This document shows positions 63,835-64,000 of a stretch of 64,000 nt of DNA, piece after piece. Each line of letters starts with the position of its first letter. Position 1 is the stretch's first letter. The stretch is from contig CM075978.1 of the NCBI GenBank assembly GCA_038087875.1, positions 174,840,001 to 174,904,000 on the forward strand, given 5' to 3'. A program made the translations under genes and the position numbers. Under the pieces are notes generated by a model. That model had not been told where the DNA came from and made no database searches. It saw only the letters and a program-made list of their open reading frames with translations. The DNA is from Malacoraja senta. Lineage: Eukaryota.

Positions 63835-64000
63835 GTCGGCACGACAGCGCAATGGTAGAGTTACTGCCTTACAGCGCCATATACTCTGGTTCGATTCTGA
63901 ATACGGCTGCTGTCTGTATGGAATTTGTACGTTCTCCCTGTGACCACGTGAATTTTCTCCGAGATCTTTAGTTTCCTCCCACACTCCAAAGTAGTACAGG
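63835..64000 (+). mobile_element. HE1-like SINE, truncated by the window edge
   Basis: tcggcacgacagcgcaatggtagagttactgccttacagcgcc. Confidence 0.7.

Larger units (their letters stand above)
52298..64000 (+). repeat. Segmental duplication copy B (intron downstream of gene D V exon)
   Basis: See copy A; carries different insertions (53066-59596). Confidence 0.85.

Overview
Eukaryotic, repeat-rich genomic DNA, most likely from a cartilaginous fish (elasmobranch). This is inferred from HE1-type SINEs, CR1 LINEs with esterase ORF1 and Penelope elements. There are two 200-N assembly gaps (10741-10940, 19473-19672). Between the transposons I can assemble, by hand, a cluster of non-rearranging antigen-receptor-like Ig-superfamily genes. 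Each has a germline-joined VJ exon. The Cys-Cys spans are unusually short (56-59 aa) and the CDR3-like loop is 11 aa in all three. Gene A (minus, 9294->946) is leader-VJ-C1-uncharged TM-candidate ITIM tail. Gene B (minus, 26304->~20596) is leader-VJ-C1-TM with Arg-short tail. Its C1 splice acceptor reads TG instead of AG, so in-frame skipping would give an NKp30-like VJ-TM(Arg) protein. There is also a decayed V pseudo-exon (minus, ~31036-31355) and gene D (plus, leader and VJ at 51524-52072; no further exons found in the window). The arrangement looks like a paired inhibitory/activating receptor family. The rest is four large CR1 LINEs (one nearly intact), Penelope fragments and hairpins carrying minimal hammerhead-like cores, a 1.6-kb internally deleted Gypsy element with both LTRs, SINEs, microsatellites, a 957-bp tandem duplication and a ~9-12 kb local segmental duplication. 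Exon joins are predictions from splice signals and phase, not from transcripts.
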